Assembly: GCA_045601825.1 (NCBI GenBank)
Contig: JAZSAI010000033.1
Location: 57,946 to 121,945, forward strand
Length of the DNA stretch: 64,000 bases
DNA from: Paludibacteraceae bacterium
Lineage (GTDB): Bacteria > Bacteroidota > Bacteroidia > Bacteroidales > Paludibacteraceae
Direction of reading: 5' to 3'
Shown here piece after piece: positions 9,770 through 17,907 of this stretch. Position 1 is the stretch's first letter. Every line of letters begins with the position of its first letter. Under the pieces are notes generated by a model, which saw only the letters and a program-made list of their open reading frames with translations, did not search any database and was not told the origin of the DNA. The translations under genes and the position numbers were made by a program.

Positions 9770-10837
9770 TTATACTATCTTAGCAGGAATCAGTTTCTCG
9801 CGAATTTTCACATAGATAATCGTCTCTTTCTTGGCAAACGCTGTTTGCACATAGCCCATCCCAATGCCCACTTTAGTAGTAGGCAGCATGATACCGCTGG
9901 TGACATTACCAATCGTATTGCCCTCGGCATCGCAAAGCTCATAGCCACAACGTGGAATAGCACGCTCTTGACACTCAAAATGCACCAGTTTGCGTTTTAC
10001 GCCTTCGGCTTTCTGCTGGAGCAAGTACTCTTTGTCGATAAAGTCCTTAGCATCAAACTTCGTAATCCAACCCAATCCTGCTTCCAATGGCGAAGTGGTG
10101 TCATCTATATCATGACCATAGAGGCAGTACCATTTCTCCAAACGCAAACTGTCGCGTGCGCCCAATCCGATAGGTGCCAAACCAAAGTCTTTGCCCACTT
10201 CGAAAAGCGCATCCCAGATTTGTTTGCTATGCTCTTTGGGGAAATACAATTCAAATCCGCCTGCGCCCGTATAGCCTGTATTACTGAGGATGACGCCCTG
10301 CGCGCCTGCGAATGACCATTCTCGGAAAGCATAATAAGGAATCGCACTCAAATCGGCGTCGGTAAGCAGTTGCAACATCTCTGTGGCTTTAGGTCCTTGC
10401 ACTGCCAATTGACCATAGCGATCGCTGGCGTTCTCCAATTGCACACCAAAGGTGTTGTGCTCGTTTACCCATGCCCAGTCCTTGTCGATATTGCCTGCAT
10501 TGACAACGAGGAGGTACTTAGTGGTGGAGTACTTGTAGATAATCAGGTCGTCCACAATACCGCCTTTGCCGTTAGGGAAGCAGGTGTATTGTGCTTTACC
10601 AGCTTCGAGTTTGCTCACATCATTGGTGGTGATATATTGCAGGAAGTCCAATGCCTTCTCACCTTTCACCCAAAACTCGCCCATGTGGCTCACATCGAAC
10701 ACGCCCACGCCTTCGCGCACGATGATGTGTTCTTGATTGATACCTGTAGGGTATTGAATAGGCATATTAAAGCCCGCAAAATCTGCCATCTTCGCTCCCA
10801 GAGCGATATGGATGTCTGTAAATGGAGTAGTTTTCAT
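9770..10837 (-). CDS. gcvT: Glycine cleavage system T protein (aminomethyltransferase)
   Basis: 355 aa, [29 protein letters not shown]...[12 protein letters not shown]...LAVQGPKA. This is the canonical GcvT layout. Confidence 0.93.
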   Translation of the reverse strand: MKTTPFTDIHIALGAKMADFAGFNMPIQYPTGINQEHIIVREGVGVFDVSHMGEFWVKGEKALDFLQYITTNDVSKLEAGKAQYTCFPNGKGGIVDDLIIYKYSTTKYLLVVNAGNIDKDWAWVNEHNTFGVQLENASDRYGQLAVQGPKATEMLQLLTDADLSAIPYYAFREWSFAGAQGVILSNTGYTGAGGFELYFPKEHSKQIWDALFEVGKDFGLAPIGLGARDSLRLEKWYCLYGHDIDDTTSPLEAGLGWITKFDAKDFIDKEYLLQQKAEGVKRKLVHFECQERAIPRCGYELCDAEGNTIGNVTSGIMLPTTKVGIGMGYVQTAFAKKETIIYVKIREKLIPAKIV

Positions 10838-10863
10838 ATAATTCTTTTAGTTCACTTTGTTTA

Positions 10864-10995
10864 CGTTATTGGTTCGCTTCGCTCACGAAAGTGGTTTCAC
10901 GTTAATGGCTTTGCGTTATTTACGTACCAAAGGTACCACTTTCGTCGAAGACCATTTTCGCTTTAGCCACTTTCGCGGCTCTGCCGCCATTTACG
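10864..10995. repeat. Word + mini-hairpin array (words CGTTAWTGG / CCAYTTWCG)
   Basis: Words alternate with GCTTCGC, CACGAAAGTG, GCTTTGC, TACCAAAGGTA, GTCGAAGAC and CGGCTCTGCCG. Confidence 0.9.
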
Positions 10996-11002
10996 AAAAT
11001 TG

Positions 11003-12214
11003 TTACGCTTTCTCAACAATTTTCAAAATCACCTCCATCGCCTTCTCCATGGATGGAATAGGCAAATACTCAAATCGGCTGTGGAAATTCACACCGCCTG
11101 CGAAGATGTTAGGGCATGGCAGTCCCTCAAACGACAGGCGTGCGCCGTCTGTTCCGCCACGGATAGGTTGTACCTTTGGTGTCACACCCACCTCTTTCAT
11201 CGCTTCCTCTACGAGGGTAACGATATGCATCACAGGTTCCACTTTCTCGCGCATGTTGTAGTATTGGTCGCGGAGCTCTACCTCTACGGTGCCTTCGCCA
11301 TATTCTTGATTAATCTTGCGTGCCAAGTGCTCCATCTCGCGTTTGCGGCTCTCAAAGCGTGCGCGGTCGTGGTCGCGGATAATATATTGCAAGGTAGTTT
11401 CTTCTACGCTACCGTTCATAGCGATGAGGTGATAAAATCCCTCATAACCTTGTGTGTGCTCTGGTGTCTCCCAACGAGGCAACATAGTGGCAAACTGATT
11501 AGCAATACGCATAGAGTTGATCATCTTATGGTAACCATATCCTGGGTGTACATTCACGCCATGCACTTTCACTTTGCAGCCCGCTGCGTTGAAATTCTCG
11601 TATTCCAGTTCGCCCACAGCACCACCGTCCATGGTGTAGGCAAAGTCGCATCCGAACTTCTCCACATCAAAGTGGTCGGCACCTTGACCAATCTCCTCAT
11701 CTGGCGTAAAGCCCACACGAATCTTGCCGTGTTGAATCTCAGGGTGTTGAATAAGGTACTCGCATGCGGTAACAATCTCCGCCAAGCCCGCTTTGTCGTC
11801 TGCGCCGAGCAGGGTCGTTCCGTCAGTCACGATAATGTCTTGCCCTTTGTAATCCAGTATCTCAGGGTATTTAGCCACTTCGAAGACGATGTTTTTCTCT
11901 GCATTGAGCACGATGTCATTGCCGTCGTAGTGGGTGACGATGCGTGCTTTTACGTTCTTGCCACTTGCATCAGGTGCAGTGTCCATATGGGCAATAAAAC
12001 CGATAACGGGCTTACCTTCCACGTTGGCGGGTAGGGTAGCCATCACATAGCCGTTCTCGTCCAATGTCACCTCTTGCATACCAATCTCTTTGAGTTCATT
12101 GGCGAGGTACTTTGCAAACTCCATCTGCCCTGGAGTAGAGGGCGTCATGTTGGTTTCTTCATCCGATGTGGTGCAGAAACTCACATACTTCAAAAATCGT
12201 TCTGTAATATTCAT
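11003..12214 (-). CDS. pepT: Peptidase T (tripeptide aminopeptidase, M20B)
   Basis: [20 protein letters not shown]... N-terminus. Metal-site motifs IAHMDT, GADDKAG, TPDEEIG. Confidence 0.93.
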   Translation of the reverse strand: MNITERFLKYVSFCTTSDEETNMTPSTPGQMEFAKYLANELKEIGMQEVTLDENGYVMATLPANVEGKPVIGFIAHMDTAPDASGKNVKARIVTHYDGNDIVLNAEKNIVFEVAKYPEILDYKGQDIIVTDGTTLLGADDKAGLAEIVTACEYLIQHPEIQHGKIRVGFTPDEEIGQGADHFDVEKFGCDFAYTMDGGAVGELEYENFNAAGCKVKVHGVNVHPGYGYHKMINSMRIANQFATMLPRWETPEHTQGYEGFYHLIAMNGSVEETTLQYIIRDHDRARFESRKREMEHLARKINQEYGEGTVEVELRDQYYNMREKVEPVMHIVTLVEEAMKEVGVTPKVQPIRGGTDGARLSFEGLPCPNIFAGGVNFHSRFEYLPIPSMEKAMEVILKIVEKA

Positions 12215-12248
12215 ATCTTAAATGTTTTATATTCTTCTTTTGTCAGTT

Positions 12249-12342
12249 GCTTACCCCTTGCTTACCCCTTAGTTGCCCCTTACTCGCCCCCTATTTCCAT
12301 TGGAACCTCATTGGAACCTCATTGGAACCTGATTGGAACCTC
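12249..12342. repeat. Continuous 11-nt periodic array (4 x GCTTACCCCTT-like, then 4 x ATTGGAACCTC)
   Basis: Direct reading of the spacer between the 2-hydroxyacid dehydrogenase stop and the pepT start. Confidence 0.9.
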
Positions 12343-12351
12343 ACCGTATGA

Positions 12352-13269
12352 TCAAAGGATTATATCCATACTATCTATATCCTTTCTCTCCCACGCGAGG
12401 ATATTGTCGCACACATTCTCACACATGGCGATACGTCCTTCCCACGTACCTGTGCCCGTGTGGGGTGAGAGCACCACATTATCCATCTCAAGCAGTTCTG
12501 GAGTAATCTGTGGCTCGTGCTCATACACATCCATCGCAGCACCTGCTATCTCACCTTCTTTCAGTGCCTTCACCAACGCTTGTTCATCTACGTGCGCGCC
12601 GCGCGCGGTGTTGATAAGGTAGGCAGTGGATTTCATCATGCGCAATGCTTTGCCGTCAATGATATGCTTCACTTCAAGCGTATAAGGCAAATTCAAACTC
12701 ACAAAATCTGCCTCCATTAGCAACTCCTCTTTGCTCACATATCTTGCCTCGTAGCCTAATCGCCTCATCGCCTCATCGCCCAACGGACGACGATTGTGGT
12801 AAACAATTCGCATGCCGCTTGCCACCGCTCTTCTCGCCAATGCTTGTCCGATACGTCCCATGCCAATGATACCCAAGGTCTTGCCATAGAGCGAGTGGCT
12901 GAGGTTATTCATCACACCAAAGGGCTCTGCTTTGCCTTCTCTGAGTTTGCGGTCGAACTCTGTTGTACGTCTTGCCACATCGTGCATGAGCGCAAATGCC
13001 AGTTCGGCAGTGGGCTCAATCACAGGATTGGGGGTGTTGGTGACACGAATACCACGCTCTCGACATGCTTCTAAGTCAATATTGTTGAATCCGACACCAA
13101 AGTTTGTAACCAACTGTAGATGAGGTGCCGACATAATCATAGCCCGCGTCACGGGTTTATCAAAGGTGCTGACCAACACCTCTGCCTCTTCTAATGCGGC
13201 ATACAATTGGTGTGTGCGCAAGCGTTGAAATCCTTCTTCTGGTAGCGATGTGGTAAAAGCTATTTTCAT
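12352..13269 (-). CDS. D-isomer-specific 2-hydroxyacid dehydrogenase (glyoxylate/hydroxypyruvate reductase-like)
   Basis: Rossmann motif GIIGMGRIGQALARRA. Also LINTARGAHVDE and SPHTG, which give the catalytic Arg/Glu/His pattern. Confidence 0.85.
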   Translation of the reverse strand: MKIAFTTSLPEEGFQRLRTHQLYAALEEAEVLVSTFDKPVTRAMIMSAPHLQLVTNFGVGFNNIDLEACRERGIRVTNTPNPVIEPTAELAFALMHDVARRTTEFDRKLREGKAEPFGVMNNLSHSLYGKTLGIIGMGRIGQALARRAVASGMRIVYHNRRPLGDEAMRRLGYEARYVSKEELLMEADFVSLNLPYTLEVKHIIDGKALRMMKSTAYLINTARGAHVDEQALVKALKEGEIAGAAMDVYEHEPQITPELLEMDNVVLSPHTGTGTWEGRIAMCENVCDNILAWERKDIDSMDIIL

Positions 13270-13288
13270 GATGTGATTAGCCTAATGG

Positions 13289-14470
13289 TTACTGCTGTTT
13301 TTTCTTGTTCTTTCTAATGCGCATCCTTGTTTTCTGCCACCAAAGTGGTTTCACAGGTATAGAATGTGTCATATCATCAGACATATGCAGCACAAAACGC
13401 TTGTAATAGGAGATGAGCAGGGTAGTGACAGGCAAGGCAATAATCATACCTACAAAACCGAGCAACGATCCCCAAACCGACAAGCTGAGTAGAATCCAAG
13501 CGGGGCCCATACCAGTTACATTGCCCATGATTTTAGGTACTAATATCAAGTTTTCGACTAGTTGTACAAAGGCAAATACTGCGGCGATACATAATAGCAC
13601 CACCCATATTGGTCGTCCTGATTCTGCCGCCTGAATCAGACCGAGCAGCACAGCAGGCAATGCGCCCAAAATTTGCATGTATGGTACCAAATTGAGCACA
13701 CCAATCATCAGTCCTAAACCGATGCCCATAGGTAATCCAATAATCTGAAAACCAATGGCAAACAATACGCCATTGATACCTGCTATTATGGCTTGTCCAC
13801 GAAAATAGGCATTCATGTTGTTATCCAAATCACGAATCAGCATTTGTGTGCCTTCGCTGAAGCGTTTAGGGATATATCGATGCCAATTAGTAGTAATTTT
13901 CTCATAGTCAATCAGCAAGAAAATGATGTACATTAGGCAGATAAAAATCACAGTCAAACTCATTACTGCATTCACCCCATTAGTAATCCAACCGCCTAAG
14001 ACAGGTATAAATTCTTTGATACCTTGTTGCACCTCTTCTGACTGAAGCAATGTCTTAACATCCAGACTCTGAATAACTTTCTCTATCTGTTCGTTAACAC
14101 GTGGAGAGAAATATTCGTGTCCGTTCCGCTGAGTCACGTATTCCTTTACACTTCTGGATAGCGAAGTAGCTTGCTTACTGATGGCAGGTACTACTGCGGC
14201 TATTGCACCTGTTAGCAAACCCACAACCAATAGTATTGTAACTATTACTGACAGAACACGATTCTTCAGGCGGCACTTGTGTTGAAAGAAGTTCACGATA
14301 GGTGCCAACATATACGCCACCACAAAACTAATCAAAAATGGCAACAATACGCCGCTCAAACGACGTATCAACAGATACAACGCCGCCAATACTAACAACG
14401 TGATAACACCATGAATTATTGCGGAACGATTAATTGATTGTTGATTACTATTTTCACCTTGTTCTGTCAT
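13289..14470 (-). CDS. AI-2E family (PerM/UPF0118) membrane transporter
   Basis: 393 aa with multiple TM segments and an AI-2E-like C-terminal core (...LNLVPYMQILGALPAVLLG...VENLILVPKIMG...). Confidence 0.75.
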   Translation of the reverse strand: MTEQGENSNQQSINRSAIIHGVITLLVLAALYLLIRRLSGVLLPFLISFVVAYMLAPIVNFFQHKCRLKNRVLSVIVTILLVVGLLTGAIAAVVPAISKQATSLSRSVKEYVTQRNGHEYFSPRVNEQIEKVIQSLDVKTLLQSEEVQQGIKEFIPVLGGWITNGVNAVMSLTVIFICLMYIIFLLIDYEKITTNWHRYIPKRFSEGTQMLIRDLDNNMNAYFRGQAIIAGINGVLFAIGFQIIGLPMGIGLGLMIGVLNLVPYMQILGALPAVLLGLIQAAESGRPIWVVLLCIAAVFAFVQLVENLILVPKIMGNVTGMGPAWILLSLSVWGSLLGFVGMIIALPVTTLLISYYKRFVLHMSDDMTHSIPVKPLWWQKTRMRIRKNKKKQQ

Positions 14471-14608
14471 CTTTTTGTGCTGATAATAACGTTTTTTCTA
14501 TAAAAATCAAATTTGGCGCAAAGTTACAAAAAAGATTTGATATAAAAAAATAAAATAAAATTTTATTATGTTTTTTCTATTTTGCTTGTGTATATGCGAA
14601 AAATGTAG

Positions 14609-14616
14609 TATCTTTG
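14609..14616 (+). promoter_or_regulatory. -7 box upstream of the carboxyltransferase gene
   Basis: TATCTTTG, preceded by TTTGCTTGTGTATATGC (a -33-like TTTG). Confidence 0.55.
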
Positions 14617-14714
14617 CACGATAATTGTTGAGGGGTAAGAAAACTATTACAACTTTTAAAACCCTTACAGCTTTTTCAACTTAATATAATTGAACCCTTA
14701 AAACTAATTACAAT

Positions 14715-16622
14715 ATGGCTAAAAAAGAAATTCAATTCTCCCTCGTCTATCGCGACATGTGGCAGAGTAGTGGTAAGTATGTACCACGCAAAGATCAATT
14801 GGCAAAGATTGCTCCCGTCATTATCGACATGGGCTGTTTTGACCGCGTAGAAACCAATGGCGGTGCCAGCGAACAAGTCAATCTTCTCTATGGTGAGAAT
14901 CCAAATATAGCAGTACGCACCTTTACCAAGCCCTTCAACGAGGCAGGTATCAAGACCCACATGCTCGACCGTGGTCTCAACGCTTTGCGTATGAACCCTG
15001 TACCTGCAGATGTGCGCCAGCTCATGTATAAGGTGAAACATGCGCAAGGTGTGGACATCACGCGTATCTTCTGTGGACTCAACGACCCTCGCAATATCAT
15101 CCCATCCATCAAATGGGCAAAAGAGGCAGGTATGACCGCACAAGCGACCATGTGTATCACCTATTCTAAGGTGCACAATGCGGAATACTATATCAACCTC
15201 GCAGAGGAACTCATCGCCAATGGTGCACAAGAAATCTGTCTCAAGGATATGGCAGGTATTGGGCGCCCTGCAATGCTTGGTACTATTGTATCTGCGATCA
15301 AAGAGAAACATCCTGATATCATTATCCAATACCACGGGCACTCGGGTCCTGGTTTCTCAGTAGCAAGTATGTTGGAGGTGGCCAAAGCAGGTGGCGACGT
15401 GCTTGACGTAGCTATGGAGCCACTCAGTTGGGGTATGGTACACCCAGACGTAATTACTATCCAATCTATGCTCAAAGATGCGGGTTTCCTCGTGAAGGAT
15501 ATCAATATGAAAGCGTACATGGAGGCACGTTCGCTCACCCAATCGTTCATCGATGACTTCCTCGGCTACTGGATTGATCCACGCAACTCGAAGATGACTT
15601 CGCTCCTCGTAGGTTGTGGTCTGCCAGGTGGTATGATGGGCTCGCTCATGGCTGACCTCAAGGGTATGCATGCGGCTATCAACGCCAACCTCGTGAAACG
15701 TGGTCAAAGTGCCCTCAGCGAAGACGAACTCCTAGTAGAGCTCTTCGACGAAGTACAACGTATCTGGCCTATGCTCGGTACACCTTGTCTCGTGACACCA
15801 TTCTCTCAATATGTGAAGAATGCTGCGTTGATGAACCTCTACAGCAAGTCCATGGGCGAGAAACCATTCACTCGTATGGACCCTGCTATGTGGGGTATGA
15901 TTCTTGGCAAGTCGGGTAAGTTGCCTGGCGAACTCGCACCAGAGATCATCGAACTCGCTAAAGAGAAAGGCATGGAGTTCTACACCGATGACCCACAAGC
16001 CCTCTATCCAGATGTTCTCCCACAATTCATCGCCGAGATGGAAGAGAAAGGTTGGGATCGTGGTCAAGACGACGAGGAACTCTTTGAGTTCGCTATGCAC
16101 GAGAAGCAATACCGCGAATACAAATCGGGTCAAGCCAAAGAGCAGTTCAATAAAGATTTGCTAGAGCGCATGGAGAAAGCCGCACAAGGAGGCAAACAAG
16201 TTACCTTCATCTCTGCTGCCGACAAACGCGCCATCTTGCATCCTAACGCTGAACCATTGGAGGCAACGCTCTCTGGTAAAGTGCTTTGGGAACTTGACTT
16301 CAACGAGGACAGCAAAGCCCCTGCCTTGGGTACTTTCTACAAACAAGGCGATGTAGTATGCTACCTGCAAACACCTCATGGCATCGAGCCAATTCGTGCG
16401 TTTGAGCACTGCCGCATAGTGGCTATTGACAAAGAGCAAGGTGCTACTGCGGTCAAGGGCGATGCACTCTGCTGGGTGGAGAAAGCCGACCTCGTAGAGG
16501 AGATTATCACCGATGTCAAAGGTGCTGCCAAGAAGGTTAAAGATGCTATCAAAGACGCAGTCAAGAAAGCAGACGACCAAGTCATCGAAGCCCCTAAAAG
16601 CAAGTGGAAATTTACAAAATAA
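14715..16622 (+). CDS. Pyruvate/oxaloacetate carboxyltransferase (OadA/PycB-like) with a C-terminal biotinyl/lipoyl-like domain lacking the canonical MKM
   Basis: HMGL-like carboxyltransferase residues are present: VYRDMWQS (in place of RDAHQS), CLKDMAG (carbamyl-Lys motif) and IQYHGHSG (H-x-H). The C-terminal hybrid-barrel-like segment reads GDVVCYLQTPHGIEPIRA...GDALCWVEK. Confidence 0.75.
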   Translation: MAKKEIQFSLVYRDMWQSSGKYVPRKDQLAKIAPVIIDMGCFDRVETNGGASEQVNLLYGENPNIAVRTFTKPFNEAGIKTHMLDRGLNALRMNPVPADVRQLMYKVKHAQGVDITRIFCGLNDPRNIIPSIKWAKEAGMTAQATMCITYSKVHNAEYYINLAEELIANGAQEICLKDMAGIGRPAMLGTIVSAIKEKHPDIIIQYHGHSGPGFSVASMLEVAKAGGDVLDVAMEPLSWGMVHPDVITIQSMLKDAGFLVKDINMKAYMEARSLTQSFIDDFLGYWIDPRNSKMTSLLVGCGLPGGMMGSLMADLKGMHAAINANLVKRGQSALSEDELLVELFDEVQRIWPMLGTPCLVTPFSQYVKNAALMNLYSKSMGEKPFTRMDPAMWGMILGKSGKLPGELAPEIIELAKEKGMEFYTDDPQALYPDVLPQFIAEMEEKGWDRGQDDEELFEFAMHEKQYREYKSGQAKEQFNKDLLERMEKAAQGGKQVTFISAADKRAILHPNAEPLEATLSGKVLWELDFNEDSKAPALGTFYKQGDVVCYLQTPHGIEPIRAFEHCRIVAIDKEQGATAVKGDALCWVEKADLVEEIITDVKGAAKKVKDAIKDAVKKADDQVIEAPKSKWKFTK

Positions 16623-16697
16623 CGCTTTAGCCACTTTCGTGAGCGTAGCGAACCAATAACGCGAAGCCAATAACGTCGGCAAAGCCGACCAATAACG
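16623..16697. repeat. Word + mini-hairpin array (3 x CCAATAACG)
   Basis: CACTTTCGTG, GCGTAGC, GCGAAGC and TCGGCAAAGCCGA interleave with CCAATAACG. It shares the 17-mer CGCTTTAGCCACTTTCG with 10959-10975. Confidence 0.9.
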
Positions 16698-16720
16698 TGA
16701 GTTTTAACGAACTAAGAAGT

Positions 16721-17809
16721 ATGAAGAAATACAATTTCAATGCAGGACCAAGTATCCTGCCCGCAGAAGTAATCAAACAAACAGCAGAAGCTGTAGTTGA
16801 TTTTCAAGGCGAAGGCCTGAGTATCCTCGAGATTTCTCACCGCGCCAAGTATTTCCAACCCGTTGTGGATGAGGCAGAAGCACTCATGAAAGAGCTGCTG
16901 AATATCCCAGAGGGCTACCGCGTGATTTTCGTAGGCGGTGGTGCTAGTCTGCAATTCTGCATGGTGCCATTCAACAGTCTTGAGCACAAAGCCGCATATC
17001 TCAATACAGGCGTGTGGTCGAAGAAAGCCATCAAAGAGGCAAAGGCCTTTGGCGAAGTAGTAGAGGTGGCTACCTCTGCTGCGGAGAACTTCACCCATAT
17101 CCCTATGGATTTCGAAGTGCCACAAGATGCGGATTATCTGCATATCACTACCAACAATACCATTTATGGTACCGAGATCTCTGATGAGAAACTCCAAGCC
17201 ATCTACGACAAGAAAGGCAACGTGCCTCTCATCGCAGACATGTCTTCTGATATCCTCTCTCGCCCAATTGATGTGAGCAAATACGATATTATCTATGGTG
17301 GTGCACAAAAGAACCTCGCACCTGCAGGTGTCACCTTCGTGATCGTAAAAGAATCTTTCCTTGGCAAAGTCACTCGCCATATCCCAACAATGTTGGATTA
17401 CCGCACTCACGTAGAGAATGGCAGTATGTTCAATACCCCTCCTGTATTGCCAATCTATACCGCAATGCTTACTCTGCGTTGGCTGAAAGCCAATGGTGGA
17501 TTAGAGGCAGCATTAGAGCGCAACGTGGCTAAAGCAGAACTCCTCTACAACGCCATTGACGAGAGCAAGATTTTCGAGGGTACTGCCAAGAAAGAGGATC
17601 GCTCAATGATGAATATCTGCTTCGTGTTGAAACCAGAATATGCACACTTGCAAGACGACTTCTTTAAGTTTGCTACTGCCAAAGGTATGGTAGGTATCAA
17701 GGGACACCGCCTCGTAGGTGGCTTCCGCGCAAGTACTTATAATGCCATGACACTCGAAGGCGTACAAGCCCTTGTGGATTGCATGAAGGAGTACGAGCAA
17801 TCGCTCTAA
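16721..17809 (+). CDS. serC: Phosphoserine aminotransferase
   Basis: [14 protein letters not shown] start. The track ORF begins 8 codons upstream at a GTG inside a repeat array, which I did not use. Also GGGASLQF and the PLP-Lys motif [12 protein letters not shown]. Confidence 0.93.
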   Translation: MKKYNFNAGPSILPAEVIKQTAEAVVDFQGEGLSILEISHRAKYFQPVVDEAEALMKELLNIPEGYRVIFVGGGASLQFCMVPFNSLEHKAAYLNTGVWSKKAIKEAKAFGEVVEVATSAAENFTHIPMDFEVPQDADYLHITTNNTIYGTEISDEKLQAIYDKKGNVPLIADMSSDILSRPIDVSKYDIIYGGAQKNLAPAGVTFVIVKESFLGKVTRHIPTMLDYRTHVENGSMFNTPPVLPIYTAMLTLRWLKANGGLEAALERNVAKAELLYNAIDESKIFEGTAKKEDRSMMNICFVLKPEYAHLQDDFFKFATAKGMVGIKGHRLVGGFRASTYNAMTLEGVQALVDCMKEYEQSL

Positions 17810-17828
17810 ATCACAAACGTAAATCATA

Positions 17829-17868
17829 ATACCCATCCATCTTGACAAAAAGAAGGATGGGTATTTGT
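17829..17868 (+). terminator. Hairpin terminator after serC
   Basis: ATACCCATCC-(16-nt loop)-GGATGGGTAT followed by TTTGT. Confidence 0.6.
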
Positions 17869-17907
17869 AAAATAATATGAGGTTGTAAAATTGTAAAGAA
17901 AAAACTT

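Noticed and set aside
12741-12780. Octamer-like run (atcttgcc tcgtagcc taatcgcc tcatcgcc tcatcgcc) inside the 2-hydroxyacid dehydrogenase CDS, considered as another in-frame insertion.
   Set aside because: The encoded PLGDEAMRRLGYEARY is only ~3 aa longer than the equivalent segment in the homologs I recall, so an insertion is not demonstrated. The periodicity is real, but it may be partly native sequence.
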